Below, piece after piece: positions 47,044 through 56,705 of a stretch of 64,000 nt of DNA. A program made the translations under genes and the position numbers. Origin of the DNA: an uncultured virus (IMG/VR IMGVR_UViG_3300032092_000020) (lineage: Duplodnaviria; Heunggongvirae; Uroviricota; Caudoviricetes). A model generated the notes under the pieces. It had not been told where the DNA came from. It saw only the letters and a program-made list of their open reading frames with translations, and made no database searches. The number at the start of each line of letters is the position of its first letter. Position 1 is the first letter of the stretch. The stretch lies in IMG/VR virus record IMGVR_UViG_3300032092_000020, one strand, 5' to 3'.

Positions 47044-47759
47044 TGCCTTGGCCGCACCCCACCAAGCGGACCATCAATGCCGGATGGACGTATCGTAGTG
47101 GTGCTCCCCACAAGGCATGGGACCTCGCTATCGACACGGGCGACCTCCTCCAGGCAGTTACCGACGGTACCGTTCTCGCACTCAACGACGGTGTGCGGAA
47201 CAACCGCGCCGGGTACAACCCTGGACGCAACGCGCCGTCTAACTGGATCGTGCTGGGCATCAAGTACCAGGGTCGCAAGGCCTACGTGCTGTATCAGCAC
47301 CTCTCCCCTGGCCTCAAGGTCAAGGTCGGGCAGAAGGTTCTCGCTGGACAGGTCATCGCCAAGTCGGGCAACACCGGGAACTCCACAGGACCGCACCTGC
47401 ACCTGGCGACCGGTTGGGGATGGCCGACTGCCGCGGATCGTTACCGCTACCTCCGCTCGGGAAACACCATCTTTCCTCCGTCGAAGGTGTTTACCCCCGC
47501 ACGTCCTGCCCCCTCCCCGTTCCCCCTCCCTCGCGGCCACGTCTTCGGTAAAAGCGACGGCTCGTCGAAGGTGCACTCGGGCGCGGACAGTGCCGCAGAC
47601 GCAGCCAACGTCCGCCGCATCCAGGGTCGTCTCGGCATCGCGAAGACTGGTAAGATCGGTGCCTACACCGCTTACCGGATCAAGCGCCTCCAGAAGAAAC
47701 TGGGGATCGCAGAGACCGGTCAAGTGGGTCCGGCTACCTGGAAGGCATTCCGACTCTAA
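47043..47759 (+). CDS. M23 peptidase with peptidoglycan-binding domain (lysin)
   Basis: H...D, YQHL, V.VGQ.V.AGQ.I..SGNTGNSTGPHLH; G.VGPATW. Confidence 0.88.
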   Translation: MPWPHPTKRTINAGWTYRSGAPHKAWDLAIDTGDLLQAVTDGTVLALNDGVRNNRAGYNPGRNAPSNWIVLGIKYQGRKAYVLYQHLSPGLKVKVGQKVLAGQVIAKSGNTGNSTGPHLHLATGWGWPTAADRYRYLRSGNTIFPPSKVFTPARPAPSPFPLPRGHVFGKSDGSSKVHSGADSAADAANVRRIQGRLGIAKTGKIGAYTAYRIKRLQKKLGIAETGQVGPATWKAFRL

Positions 47760-48121
47760 TGACTGACTCCGGAGACGAGCCGTTCGACGCGAGCGAGGAT
47801 CTGGAGACCCCACAGTTCAACGACGACATCCCGTTTGTTGCCTGTGAGACTGAGGGCGGCCCGTTCGAGGACGAGTCGTTCATCGCCGGTACCCAGTACG
47901 GCGCTGTCGAGATGCTGACCATCATGGAGATCCCGATCATCAATGCCTTGGTCGACGAGCGCCTTCTCGCGCAGATCGATCTTCTGGCGATGGGCTCCTC
48001 GTATAGCATCGTCGCGGATCACGCAACTGGCATTGAGGGCGCAGTTCGTGTAACTTTGTGCCACAACAGCGTGACTGAGGGTACCGATGTGCCTGACTTT
48101 GTCCCTGATTTTGACATCTGA
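47759..48121 (+). CDS. Acidic hypothetical protein
   Basis: TAATG coupling; PFV.C...GGPF. Confidence 0.65.
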   Translation: MTDSGDEPFDASEDLETPQFNDDIPFVACETEGGPFEDESFIAGTQYGAVEMLTIMEIPIINALVDERLLAQIDLLAMGSSYSIVADHATGIEGAVRVTLCHNSVTEGTDVPDFVPDFDI

Positions 48122-48256
48122 GATGGGATAAGTCACACCTCTCCTACCTAGCACACTTGCGGTCAGCAAGGCCTATGCGCTACACTGAATGAGCACCCTT
48201 CGGGGTGTTCGTTCGTTTCTAGGGCGAGTCCTTGTTCCCGAGTGTCAGGAGATCTC

Positions 48257-48913
48257 ATGGTCAGCATCCGAGCAGTTAGCATCGCGACCGCCACCACCAT
48301 CGCTATCGCATCAGCCCTCATCATCAGCGCATCAGTAGTCTCAGACGCCGCCACCTGGACATCTCGGGAAGTCGCGGCACCCACCGATCGTTCCACTTCT
48401 TCCCTCGAGCGCGCCGTTCGCGCACAAGATCAGCGCGATCTCGTCCGTCGTCAGCACCAGGCCGCGCGCGCCGACCGCAACTCACGAATCAATGCAGCCA
48501 AGCGTCTCGCCGAACTCCAACGTAAGCGCGCCACTGCGGCAGCCGCTAAGCCGAAGTCCGCGGCAGCCTCTACCTCGGTCGCGGTCAACGTCCCCGAGCG
48601 CACCGCAGGACAGCGTGTGACGGACGTGCGTGGGCTCAGCGCGTGGCAGCAACGGTACTGGAACGAAGGCCAGGTATGGGCAACGTGGCCGAAGACGCGC
48701 GCCGTCATCGCCTGCGAGTCCACGAACAATCCCACCGCTGTATCGAAGACCGGCAAGTATAGGGGGCTCTATCAGATGGACGCTTCCTTCTGGCGGTCGT
48801 ACGGCGGATTGGCCCTAGCGTCGAGCCCAGACCGAGCAACGCGCGCAGAGCAGAACTACGTTGCCTACCGAGGCTACACGAGTCGTGGCTGGTCACCCTG
48901 GACTTGCGCCTGA
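48257..48913 (+). CDS. Secreted Rpf-like lytic transglycosylase
   Basis: Signal/TM; CES..N, Y.GLYQ....W..YGG, A.R.EQ..VA, GW.PW.C. Confidence 0.85.
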   Translation: MVSIRAVSIATATTIAIASALIISASVVSDAATWTSREVAAPTDRSTSSLERAVRAQDQRDLVRRQHQAARADRNSRINAAKRLAELQRKRATAAAAKPKSAAASTSVAVNVPERTAGQRVTDVRGLSAWQQRYWNEGQVWATWPKTRAVIACESTNNPTAVSKTGKYRGLYQMDASFWRSYGGLALASSPDRATRAEQNYVAYRGYTSRGWSPWTCA

Positions 48914-48937
48914 CACAGGAGTGACGCGTGATAAGGT

Positions 48938-49432
48938 ATGCACGTGTCGCTACCTGACGAGGTTCCCGCGTTCGGATTCCCCGCGTACTCCGTGACCCAG
49001 AACGGGGACATCAAGAGGGCGGGAAAGGTCCGGTCAGTCAACGTCAAGCCTAGTGGCTACTGCGAGGTTGCGCTCTCAGTCGACGGGAAGAAGTCTCACC
49101 GCTCTGTTCACCGCCTCATCTGGGAGTCGTTCCACGGAAAGATCCCTGAGGGGATGCACATCAATCACCTCGACGGTGTGAAGACCAACAACGCGCTGTC
49201 GAACCTGGCGTGCGTCTCGGCGGCGGAGAACCACGCGCACGCGAAAGAGCATCTCGTTCACCGAGGCGCGCAGGTCACCACCTCGAAACTCACCGAAACC
49301 AAGGTGCTGTTCATCCGGCAGGCGCATAGCGAGGACCCCTCGCTCGTCCGCACGCTCTCCGAGCAGTTTGACGTGTCTGTTCAGACTATCTACCAGATCG
49401 TGAAGCGGCAGACCTGGACTCACATCCCGTGA
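48938..49432 (+). CDS. HNH homing endonuclease (NUMOD4/HNH_3 type)
   Basis: VHRLIWESF.G.IP..M.INHLDG.K.NN.L.NL; C-terminal HTH. Confidence 0.88.
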   Translation: MHVSLPDEVPAFGFPAYSVTQNGDIKRAGKVRSVNVKPSGYCEVALSVDGKKSHRSVHRLIWESFHGKIPEGMHINHLDGVKTNNALSNLACVSAAENHAHAKEHLVHRGAQVTTSKLTETKVLFIRQAHSEDPSLVRTLSEQFDVSVQTIYQIVKRQTWTHIP

Positions 49433-49613
49433 TCGAGTGCGAGCAGTGTCACCGGGAGTTCGAGCCGGTCTACTCTCGCTGGCTCTGCCCGTACTGCAAA
49501 CACAAAGCACACTGCTGCGAGGGTGCCCCCCTCCCGCCGCTTGACAATCAATAACTCACCTGATACCTTCGGAGAACCAGACGACATCAGCCGATTAATT
49601 GAGGAGACCATCA

Positions 49614-50075
49614 GTGACTGATCCGCGCCCTTCCTGGGACGATTACTTCCTCGGTATCGCAACAGCCGTGAGTACTCGAGCCGACTGTTCCCGCCGCAAG
49701 GTTGGAGCCGTCCTGGTCAAAGATCGCCGCATCGTGAGCACGGGTTACAACGGCTCATGGGCTGGCGGTCCCTCCTGCTTGCTTGGGCAGTGCCCTCGTG
49801 GCACACGCTCGTACGACGAGGTCTCGGCGGGGTCGTCCTACGACACTGACGGGACCAGCGGACTGTGCCACGCGAACCACGCCGAGGCCAACGCTGTGCT
49901 GTACGCAGACCGCGGAGACTGCCGAGATTCGACCATCTACCTGACCTGTGCCCCCTGCCTTGGTTGCCTCCGCATCTTGCGCGGGGCTGGGATCAGGCGT
50001 GCCGTGTTTCCTGGCGGAGAGATTCCCCTCGACACCATTCACACGATCCAGGACATGGTGACGCATACCATTTGA
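49614..50075 (+). CDS. dCMP deaminase
   Basis: RPSWD.YF, R.DC.RRKVGA, TGYNG, HAEANA, PC..C. Confidence 0.92.
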   Translation: MTDPRPSWDDYFLGIATAVSTRADCSRRKVGAVLVKDRRIVSTGYNGSWAGGPSCLLGQCPRGTRSYDEVSAGSSYDTDGTSGLCHANHAEANAVLYADRGDCRDSTIYLTCAPCLGCLRILRGAGIRRAVFPGGEIPLDTIHTIQDMVTHTI

Positions 50076-50275
50076 CACTGGTCGAACGTAGGTGTACAGT
50101 CTGTTCCAGACAACGGCACAACGACTGAAAGGAGCCACATGGCAAAGGTTGAGTACTGTGAGAAGTGCAAACTGATCATCGGGATCGGGTGCGCTTGTGG
50201 CCTCACGTTCACCGAGAAAATCAAGACCACCGCAACCAACCTCGGAACATTCCGAGCCGTGCCGAAGGAGAAGAA

Positions 50276-50515
50276 ATGACTAACGACAGCGTTACCCGAG
50301 CCCTGGACGAAATCACCGGATCTCCGAGCGCGGAGTACGCCTATGCCCTTCTGTACACCTACGTTCTCCGCTGCCATGGGGAGTTTCCCGCCAACGCCTT
50401 CCGCTACCTATGGTTTCACGAGAACGCTCCAGCAGCCAAGGAACTCATCGGTGCTGAGGTTGTTTCCGAAATCGATGCGGCCGTGCTATCCGAGACTCTG
50501 GTGATGTCCACGTGA
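50276..50515 (+). CDS. Hypothetical protein
   Basis: AAGGAG RBS. Confidence 0.55.
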   Translation: MTNDSVTRALDEITGSPSAEYAYALLYTYVLRCHGEFPANAFRYLWFHENAPAAKELIGAEVVSEIDAAVLSETLVMST

Positions 50516-51567
50516 TTCTCCTCAGCCAGGAACCGCGTCGGATTTACGAGTCACCTACTGACCTTCGACTCGACGGCCTAGTACCACCAGACTCGACGAA
50601 GACCCCAGACATGCGCATCTGGGTTCTCCTTATGCGTGCGCGCGAGCATGTAGGGCGTACTAGCAAGGGATCGCTTACTGATCTCCAAGATATCGTCGAT
50701 ACTACTGGAATCAACCTTAGTCTTCGCAGCACACGTCCGGACCAACTGGCTGTCTACTTCGACAAGCATTCAAGTCTTTTCACCGGGGACTCAACTTTTC
50801 TCGTTGCTCCTGGTGACTTGTTTTTCGTAGGGCATGACCAACCATGGCACGCGGAAGATGTCGGCGTGGTAGAGATGGTGGATGGTGCGCATTTCATTGG
50901 GATCATCGGTAACCCCACCACTGGACGCATCACTCGCGCTCGTTACTCGCGCTCTCTTTTAGCATCTGGCCCTGTTGTCGGATACGCCCGCCCAAACTAT
51001 CACGGACGTGCTCCCACCACACTCGAAGCGATCCTTCCGGATCAATTCTGGGTCTATCACTATGGTCTTGCTCTGACAAAGCACGGGCTGATGTCTGGCC
51101 CGCTTTCGCTCACTGACTTCACTAACGACTACGTAGTCGCAACACGCCGAGCCGCATTTCGGTACGGGCTGGGAACTCCACCTGACGGCGAAGTCACGGG
51201 TGCTATCCTTCGTGCGATCGAGATGCCGGTCAACTTCGATCTCACGTATCCTTCCCTTGAACCAACCTTCCTCCAGACACAGCGCATGTGGCTCGAGAAG
51301 GTCCGCCGTACGCCGATCTACGTCAAAGACCTTCGCTACGGTGTCCGCGCTTCCGACTCAGTTCGACATCTACAGATGCGTCTGATAGCCTGCTCCAGCC
51401 CGACCGTAGCCCACGCCGACCTCGAGGTCAGTGGTAACTACTTCCGGACGACAGACACGGTCTTCGCGGAGTTCATGCGCTATCGCGCTGCTGACGACTA
51501 CTCGGTCGCACTCCGCAAACTGTTCCCCCGCTCGCAGTTCCGCCTCATCTACCGAAAGGACGTCTAA
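50512..51567 (+). CDS. Possibly degenerate CHAP-like plus peptidoglycan-binding protein
   Basis: PGDLFF, VG.VE, GN, GYARPNY; catalytic C/H not evident. Confidence 0.5.
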   Translation: MILLSQEPRRIYESPTDLRLDGLVPPDSTKTPDMRIWVLLMRAREHVGRTSKGSLTDLQDIVDTTGINLSLRSTRPDQLAVYFDKHSSLFTGDSTFLVAPGDLFFVGHDQPWHAEDVGVVEMVDGAHFIGIIGNPTTGRITRARYSRSLLASGPVVGYARPNYHGRAPTTLEAILPDQFWVYHYGLALTKHGLMSGPLSLTDFTNDYVVATRRAAFRYGLGTPPDGEVTGAILRAIEMPVNFDLTYPSLEPTFLQTQRMWLEKVRRTPIYVKDLRYGVRASDSVRHLQMRLIACSSPTVAHADLEVSGNYFRTTDTVFAEFMRYRAADDYSVALRKLFPRSQFRLIYRKDV

Positions 51568-52424
51568 TGACACTCTCCATCGAAGACCGCAACAAGGCCC
51601 TGGTCCATGGATTCATGCGTGGCGACACGCTTCGCTCTCTCGCTGACGATCACGACCTCACCTACGAAGGCGTTCGCTTCGCTCTCATCTCGAGCCTCGG
51701 CCCGAAGGGCTACGCACGAGCGAAGGCTGATCGTGCGACCGTCATCGCGACCCGCAAGGCCGAGGCCGCGCGAGAGCGCGTTGCTGTGGTACGCACCGCG
51801 ATCGAGACACAGTACGCAGAGGACCCGACGGCGGGGCTCTCGCTGGCTGGCGTCACGGCGCTGTACGTCGACCCCGAGCGCAAGATCAACGCAGAGGACT
51901 GCCGGACCGCGTACAGCGAGTTCCTGGCTGACCTGAGTCCGGCCGAGGCTGCTCGAATCGCCGCCGCCACGCGACTCAGCCGCGGTGCCGATCACGCCCG
52001 CTGGGGCACCGACGAGGACGTCCTCGAGCACCTCGATCGCGCCTACGCCGCGCTCTCCGCCACCGAGACCTCACTGACCCTCCGGAACTACGAGGAGTGG
52101 CGTCGCCACGACGGGAACGCTCCCAGCGCGCAGACGGTGGTCTACCGGCTCTCCGACGACGGTCGCTGGTCGACTGCTGCCGCTCTGGTCGATCCCACAG
52201 CCTCGGCGCGCTCCGGTGGTGGGTACGCCCGCCTCTGGGACGACGACGACCTCCAGGAGGCCATCCAGCGCTTCCTCGCCTGGGCAGCACGCCGCCGCAA
52301 GGAACCGACGCGCAGCGCATACCTGGAGTACACGAGTGGGCTCAAGTCCCCCATGCCGTCCCTCTCCCTGATCCGGGTCCGGCTCGGTGCCTGGGGCAAC
52401 GTGATTCACGCAAAAACTTCGTAG
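51567..52424 (+). CDS. HTH plus homing-endonuclease-associated-repeat protein, related to 26955-27713
   Basis: G.TL..LA....LT.E.VR HTH; repeats Y..W....PS...V..R....W. Confidence 0.65.
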   Translation: MTLSIEDRNKALVHGFMRGDTLRSLADDHDLTYEGVRFALISSLGPKGYARAKADRATVIATRKAEAARERVAVVRTAIETQYAEDPTAGLSLAGVTALYVDPERKINAEDCRTAYSEFLADLSPAEAARIAAATRLSRGADHARWGTDEDVLEHLDRAYAALSATETSLTLRNYEEWRRHDGNAPSAQTVVYRLSDDGRWSTAAALVDPTASARSGGGYARLWDDDDLQEAIQRFLAWAARRRKEPTRSAYLEYTSGLKSPMPSLSLIRVRLGAWGNVIHAKTS

Positions 52425-52491
52425 ACTTACGAGTTGACAACCGCTCAAATGTGTGAAATGCTGTGCTCACCACCGACCAGAAAGGAATCAT

Positions 52492-54294
52492 GTGACAGTC
52501 CACGCCTCGCTTCACCCGACGCGTACTGACCGAATCTCGGTCGTCGGTGGGTACCGCGACAAGGACCTGATCCGCTCGGTTCCTGGGGCGTCGTGGAGCA
52601 AGAAGGATGACGGATGGAGCGTTCCGCGCTCCTGGTCGTCGTGCCTTGCTCTCCGCGGCATCTTCCAGGATCGACTCGTAGTTGCGCCAGACCTGAGTGA
52701 CTGGGCCGCTTCCTACCAGCGTGAGACCATCGCTCCGGCGTTGGCGCTCCGCGAGGCACTCGACGCCCCCGGGGACGCCGATCTCTATCCCTACCAGCGG
52801 GCCGGAGTCGCGTTCCTGTCTCTCCCGAACCTCACGACGTTCTCACTCGAGGATGATCCTGGTTCCGGGAAGACGGCGCAGATCATCCGAGCCCTCAAGG
52901 TACGGCACGACCGCGGGGAGAGTGTGTTCCCAGCGCTCGTCGTTACCCCGAACAGTGTGAAGCGCTCTTGGGAGCGGGAGTTCTCTACGTGGTGGCCTGA
53001 GGACGGACCGACTGTGTCCGTTGTCGACGGCACCGCTGCGAAGCGCCGCAAGCAGATGGAGCCAGGACTCGCTGACGTCTACATCATCAACTGGGAATCG
53101 CTTCGTTCGCACTCTCGGCTCGCTGCGTACGGATCCATCGCGCTGCGGCGCTGTCTCGAGTGCGGTGGCGATGACGCCACAGTGACGCCCGCCAAGTGTC
53201 ACGCGCACGAGAAGGAACTGAACGCGATCAACTTCCGCACCGTCATCGCGGACGAGTACCACCGTGCGAAGGATCCAGCGGCTGCACAGACCCGAGCCCT
53301 GGCATCCGCGGCGCACGGCGCTGTCTACCGCTACGGAGTCTCTGGCACCATCGTTGCGAACTCGCCTGTTGACATCTGGTCAGGTCTTCATTACCTCGCG
53401 CCTAACGAGTGGCCGACGAAGGTTAAGTGGATCGACCGCTACGTCAACTACTCCGTCAATCCCTGGGGCGGCACCGAGATCTATGGGTTCCGGCCTGACA
53501 CCAAGGACGAGTTCTTCCGCACGACTGACTACATGCGCCGAGGGCTACCCAAGGAGATCACGCTTCCGTTCCTGCCTCCGATTGTGCGCGAGACACGTGA
53601 TTCGCCAATGGTCCCCGCGCAACAGAAGGTGTACAAGCAGATGCTTGACCACCTCATGGCGCGGCTGGACGACGGCTCGCTGTTGACCGCTGGCAATCCG
53701 ATGACGCAATCCCTTCGGCTGCTCCAGTTTGCCGCTGCCTCAGGCGAGATCCTGTTGGATGACAAGGGAAACGAGCGAATCGGTCTCATCGAACCGTCAG
53801 GTAAGTTGGACACCTTCATGGAAGATGTTCTCGCTGGTGACTTCGACGGCCAGTCGGTTGTCGTCTTCACCCAGTCAAAGCAGTTGCTCAACCTCTTGGG
53901 CGAGCGTATGCGCAAGCACGAAATCGGCTACTGCCGGATCACTGGCGACGAAGACACCGACACTCGGCAGAAGGCGATCGACGACTTCCAGGCAGGCAAG
54001 TACAAGTTCGTGCTGTGCACGCTTGGCGCTGGCTCGACGGGTATTACCCTGACCAAGGCATCGACCATGGTGTTCTTGCAGCGATCGTGGTCAGCCGTTG
54101 AGATGACGCAAGCCCAGGGCCGCGCCCACCGCATCGGAAGTGAGCAGCACGAGTCGGTGTTCATCATCGACTACATCACACCCGACACTGTCGAAGAGTC
54201 CGTCGTGACGGTGCTGGCTGAGAAGGCGGGGTACCTCGAGGAGGTTGCTCGCTCTGAGGACCTTATCCGCCGCTTCTTGAAAGGTGAACTGTGA
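52492..54294 (+). CDS. SNF2-family helicase
   Basis: LYPYQ, DDPGSGKT, DEYH, SGT, QAQGRAHRIG. Confidence 0.92.
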   Translation: MTVHASLHPTRTDRISVVGGYRDKDLIRSVPGASWSKKDDGWSVPRSWSSCLALRGIFQDRLVVAPDLSDWAASYQRETIAPALALREALDAPGDADLYPYQRAGVAFLSLPNLTTFSLEDDPGSGKTAQIIRALKVRHDRGESVFPALVVTPNSVKRSWEREFSTWWPEDGPTVSVVDGTAAKRRKQMEPGLADVYIINWESLRSHSRLAAYGSIALRRCLECGGDDATVTPAKCHAHEKELNAINFRTVIADEYHRAKDPAAAQTRALASAAHGAVYRYGVSGTIVANSPVDIWSGLHYLAPNEWPTKVKWIDRYVNYSVNPWGGTEIYGFRPDTKDEFFRTTDYMRRGLPKEITLPFLPPIVRETRDSPMVPAQQKVYKQMLDHLMARLDDGSLLTAGNPMTQSLRLLQFAAASGEILLDDKGNERIGLIEPSGKLDTFMEDVLAGDFDGQSVVVFTQSKQLLNLLGERMRKHEIGYCRITGDEDTDTRQKAIDDFQAGKYKFVLCTLGAGSTGITLTKASTMVFLQRSWSAVEMTQAQGRAHRIGSEQHESVFIIDYITPDTVEESVVTVLAEKAGYLEEVARSEDLIRRFLKGEL

Positions 54295-55283
54295 GCACAC
54301 ACCTCGATCCTCCCGCACTGGTCTCGAGCGTTGACGACTCTGACGGGACGATTGGAATCTCGAACTCCGAGATCCAGACGTTCAAGCAGTGCCGACGCAA
54401 GTGGTACATCGGGTACTACCTCAAGTTCCGCCCCCGTCGATCGGAAGTAGTCTCTCCTCGTGCTCTCGGTACGCGTGTGCACAAGGCACTCGAGGAGTAC
54501 TACGCCAACGACATTCCTCTGCTCGACACGCACGCCGCTTTGATTCGTGAGGATCGGGCGCTGCTCGAGAGCCAAGGCCAGGATGCTTCGGAACTTGACA
54601 ACGACGCAGAACTTGGTAGCATCATGCTCGATGGGTATCGTGTGTGGGTCGAGGAAGAGGGCCTGGACGCAAATCTCGAGATCCTCTCTGTCGAAGAGAT
54701 GATGAAGACGCCCGTCGAGACGTACTACGGCACCGCCAATCTCATCGGGAAGTTGGACCTCCGTGTCCGCAACCTCCTGACGGGAGCCCGCAGTGTCTTG
54801 GATTTCAAGACGGCGATGGCGTTCAGCAACTTCACTGGCACCGCCCACATCGCTGAGCAGTTGCCAACCTACATGATCTTGGATCGTGCGACGCACGAGG
54901 CCAAGGGCGACTCCGACTACGTCGAGGGCGGGATCTATCGGATCCTGCGCAAGGTGAAGCGCGGACCCCGCGCTACGCCTCCCTTCTACGGCGAGTTTGA
55001 GGTTCGCTACAACGAGTTTCAACTGCGCTCCGTGTGGACGCGGCTGACTGGCACCTTCACTGAGATGCTTCGTACTCGGAAGGCGCTGAACGAGGGCGGG
55101 AACCACCTGTTCCTCGCGTATCCCTCCCCGGACAGTTCTTGCTCATGGAAGTGCGACGCATACACCATTTGCCCGCTCTTCGATGACGGCTCGGACTTCC
55201 GTGGAATGCTCGACGATGAGTTCGAGCAAGTTGACCCGTACGCGTACTACGGGCTCACCCCTGAGGGCGGGGCAGACGCATGA
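54291..55283 (+). CDS. PD-(D/E)XK RecB/Cas4-like exonuclease
   Basis: SNSE..TF..C.RKW, GT.VH..LE, GKLD..V, DFKT, Q...Y, C-terminal Cys cluster. Confidence 0.88.
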   Translation: MSTHLDPPALVSSVDDSDGTIGISNSEIQTFKQCRRKWYIGYYLKFRPRRSEVVSPRALGTRVHKALEEYYANDIPLLDTHAALIREDRALLESQGQDASELDNDAELGSIMLDGYRVWVEEEGLDANLEILSVEEMMKTPVETYYGTANLIGKLDLRVRNLLTGARSVLDFKTAMAFSNFTGTAHIAEQLPTYMILDRATHEAKGDSDYVEGGIYRILRKVKRGPRATPPFYGEFEVRYNEFQLRSVWTRLTGTFTEMLRTRKALNEGGNHLFLAYPSPDSSCSWKCDAYTICPLFDDGSDFRGMLDDEFEQVDPYAYYGLTPEGGADA

Positions 55284-55323
55284 TGTACGCTACCCACCCG
55301 CACACACGAAAGGATCACGACGC

Positions 55324-56073
55324 ATGACACTCCATCAGTCGCTGACGATGGTTCTCTACGGTCAGAGCAAGGTCGGCAAGTCGACCCTGGCCGCAACTGC
55401 TCCTGGGCCCCGCGTCCTGCTCGACGTGGAGGGCGGCGCACGCTTCCTTCCGATCAAGCCTGTCGCGTGGGACCCGGTCACACAAGCCCCACCCGAGGAC
55501 ACCGGGACGTGGGATACCGCAGTGGTCTCGCTGACTGAGTTCGCTACGCTCCAGAAGGCGTACGAGTGGCTCAAGTCTGGCAACCACCCCTTCAAGTCCG
55601 TCATCATCGACTCGGTGACGGAGGCGCAGGTCAAGATCGTTGACAGCGTCGCAGGGCGCAATCAGGTCAAGATGCAGGACTGGGGCGAAATCCTTCGCTC
55701 CACCACTGGTCTCATGCGTGACATGCGCGACCTGACCATGCACCCGACCAACCCCCTGACGTCCGTCGTGCTCATCGCGATGGAGACTGAGGGCCAGGAC
55801 GGCAAGAAGCGTCCGTGGCTCCAGGGCAAGTCTGGCGTTACTCTCCCGTACCTGTTCGACATCACGGGCCACCTTCGGGTGGAGGAGTACCCCAACCCCG
55901 ACCCGACTCAGGCGAACATTCGTGTGCGCCGGTTGGTGATCGGTCCCAATGACGAGGCTCTTGCCGGTGAACGTGTCGGTGGTAGGCTCGGCGAGGTCGT
56001 CGAAGAGGGCGACCTGAACATCTCAACCATGATCGACCGTGTGTACGGTTCGGTCCCAGCAGAGACCGCCTGA
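55324..56073 (+). CDS. AAA_24 Sak4/RecA-like recombinase ATPase
   Basis: YGQSKVGKST, LLDVEGG, IIDSVTE, QDWG; lies between exonuclease and SSB. Confidence 0.85.
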   Translation: MTLHQSLTMVLYGQSKVGKSTLAATAPGPRVLLDVEGGARFLPIKPVAWDPVTQAPPEDTGTWDTAVVSLTEFATLQKAYEWLKSGNHPFKSVIIDSVTEAQVKIVDSVAGRNQVKMQDWGEILRSTTGLMRDMRDLTMHPTNPLTSVVLIAMETEGQDGKKRPWLQGKSGVTLPYLFDITGHLRVEEYPNPDPTQANIRVRRLVIGPNDEALAGERVGGRLGEVVEEGDLNISTMIDRVYGSVPAETA

Positions 56074-56107
56074 GGCGGCTCACTTCTAGCGAAAGGAACA
56101 TCCCAGC

Positions 56108-56692
56108 ATGGCTACTCAGTCGTGGAATGCACTGCTCGACAGCGCCGAGGACACTGACTATTCCCCCATCCCTGCTAACGACTACACGGTCATCGTGAAG
56201 TCGTCCGAGCCCAAGACCTCATCGTCCGGCAAGGACATGTACAAGGTCACGTTCGAGGTGACCGACGCTGGTCCCTATAAGGGCCGTCTCGTCTTCACCC
56301 AGTTCGTGATCTCGCCGGAGAACCCGACCGCCCTCGGGATCTTCTTCCGGCAGATGGCCGCGTTCGGTCTGACCTCGGAGTACTTCAAGACCGCGGCTCC
56401 GTCCGGCGAAGAGGTGTGCCGCAAGTTGGTCGGGCGCACCGTCCGGATCAAGGTCACTGAGGGCGAGTACCAGGGCCGACCGAAGAACGACGTGAAGAGC
56501 GTGTCTCCGGTCGCTGGTGGGTCCGTTCCTCCGGCAGTTGCGGCTGCCGCCGCTGCTCCGGCGCCTGCTCCGGCACCGGCACCGGCTCCCGCGCCTGTAC
56601 CTGCCCCGGCACCTGCCCCGGCACCTGCCCCGGCTCCTGAGGCTGTCGCCTCGGCTGCCGAAGAGGCTGCCGCGTCCGAGCCGTCTTTCTGA
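56108..56692 (+). CDS. DUF669-type ssDNA-binding protein
   Basis: PIP..DY, SSGK.M, G.Y.GR, YQG..KN.V; PA-rich linker, acidic/F end. Confidence 0.8.
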   Translation: MATQSWNALLDSAEDTDYSPIPANDYTVIVKSSEPKTSSSGKDMYKVTFEVTDAGPYKGRLVFTQFVISPENPTALGIFFRQMAAFGLTSEYFKTAAPSGEEVCRKLVGRTVRIKVTEGEYQGRPKNDVKSVSPVAGGSVPPAVAAAAAAPAPAPAPAPAPAPVPAPAPAPAPAPAPEAVASAAEEAAASEPSF

Positions 56693-56705
56693 TCGGCTCA
56701 CCTGC

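Noticed and set aside
46641..47813. 390-aa minus-strand ORF
   Set aside because: Antisense shadow of the structural and M23 genes.
56555..56640. CCGGCA/CCTGCC tandem repeat
   Set aside because: Encodes the ordinary Pro-Ala linker of the SSB.
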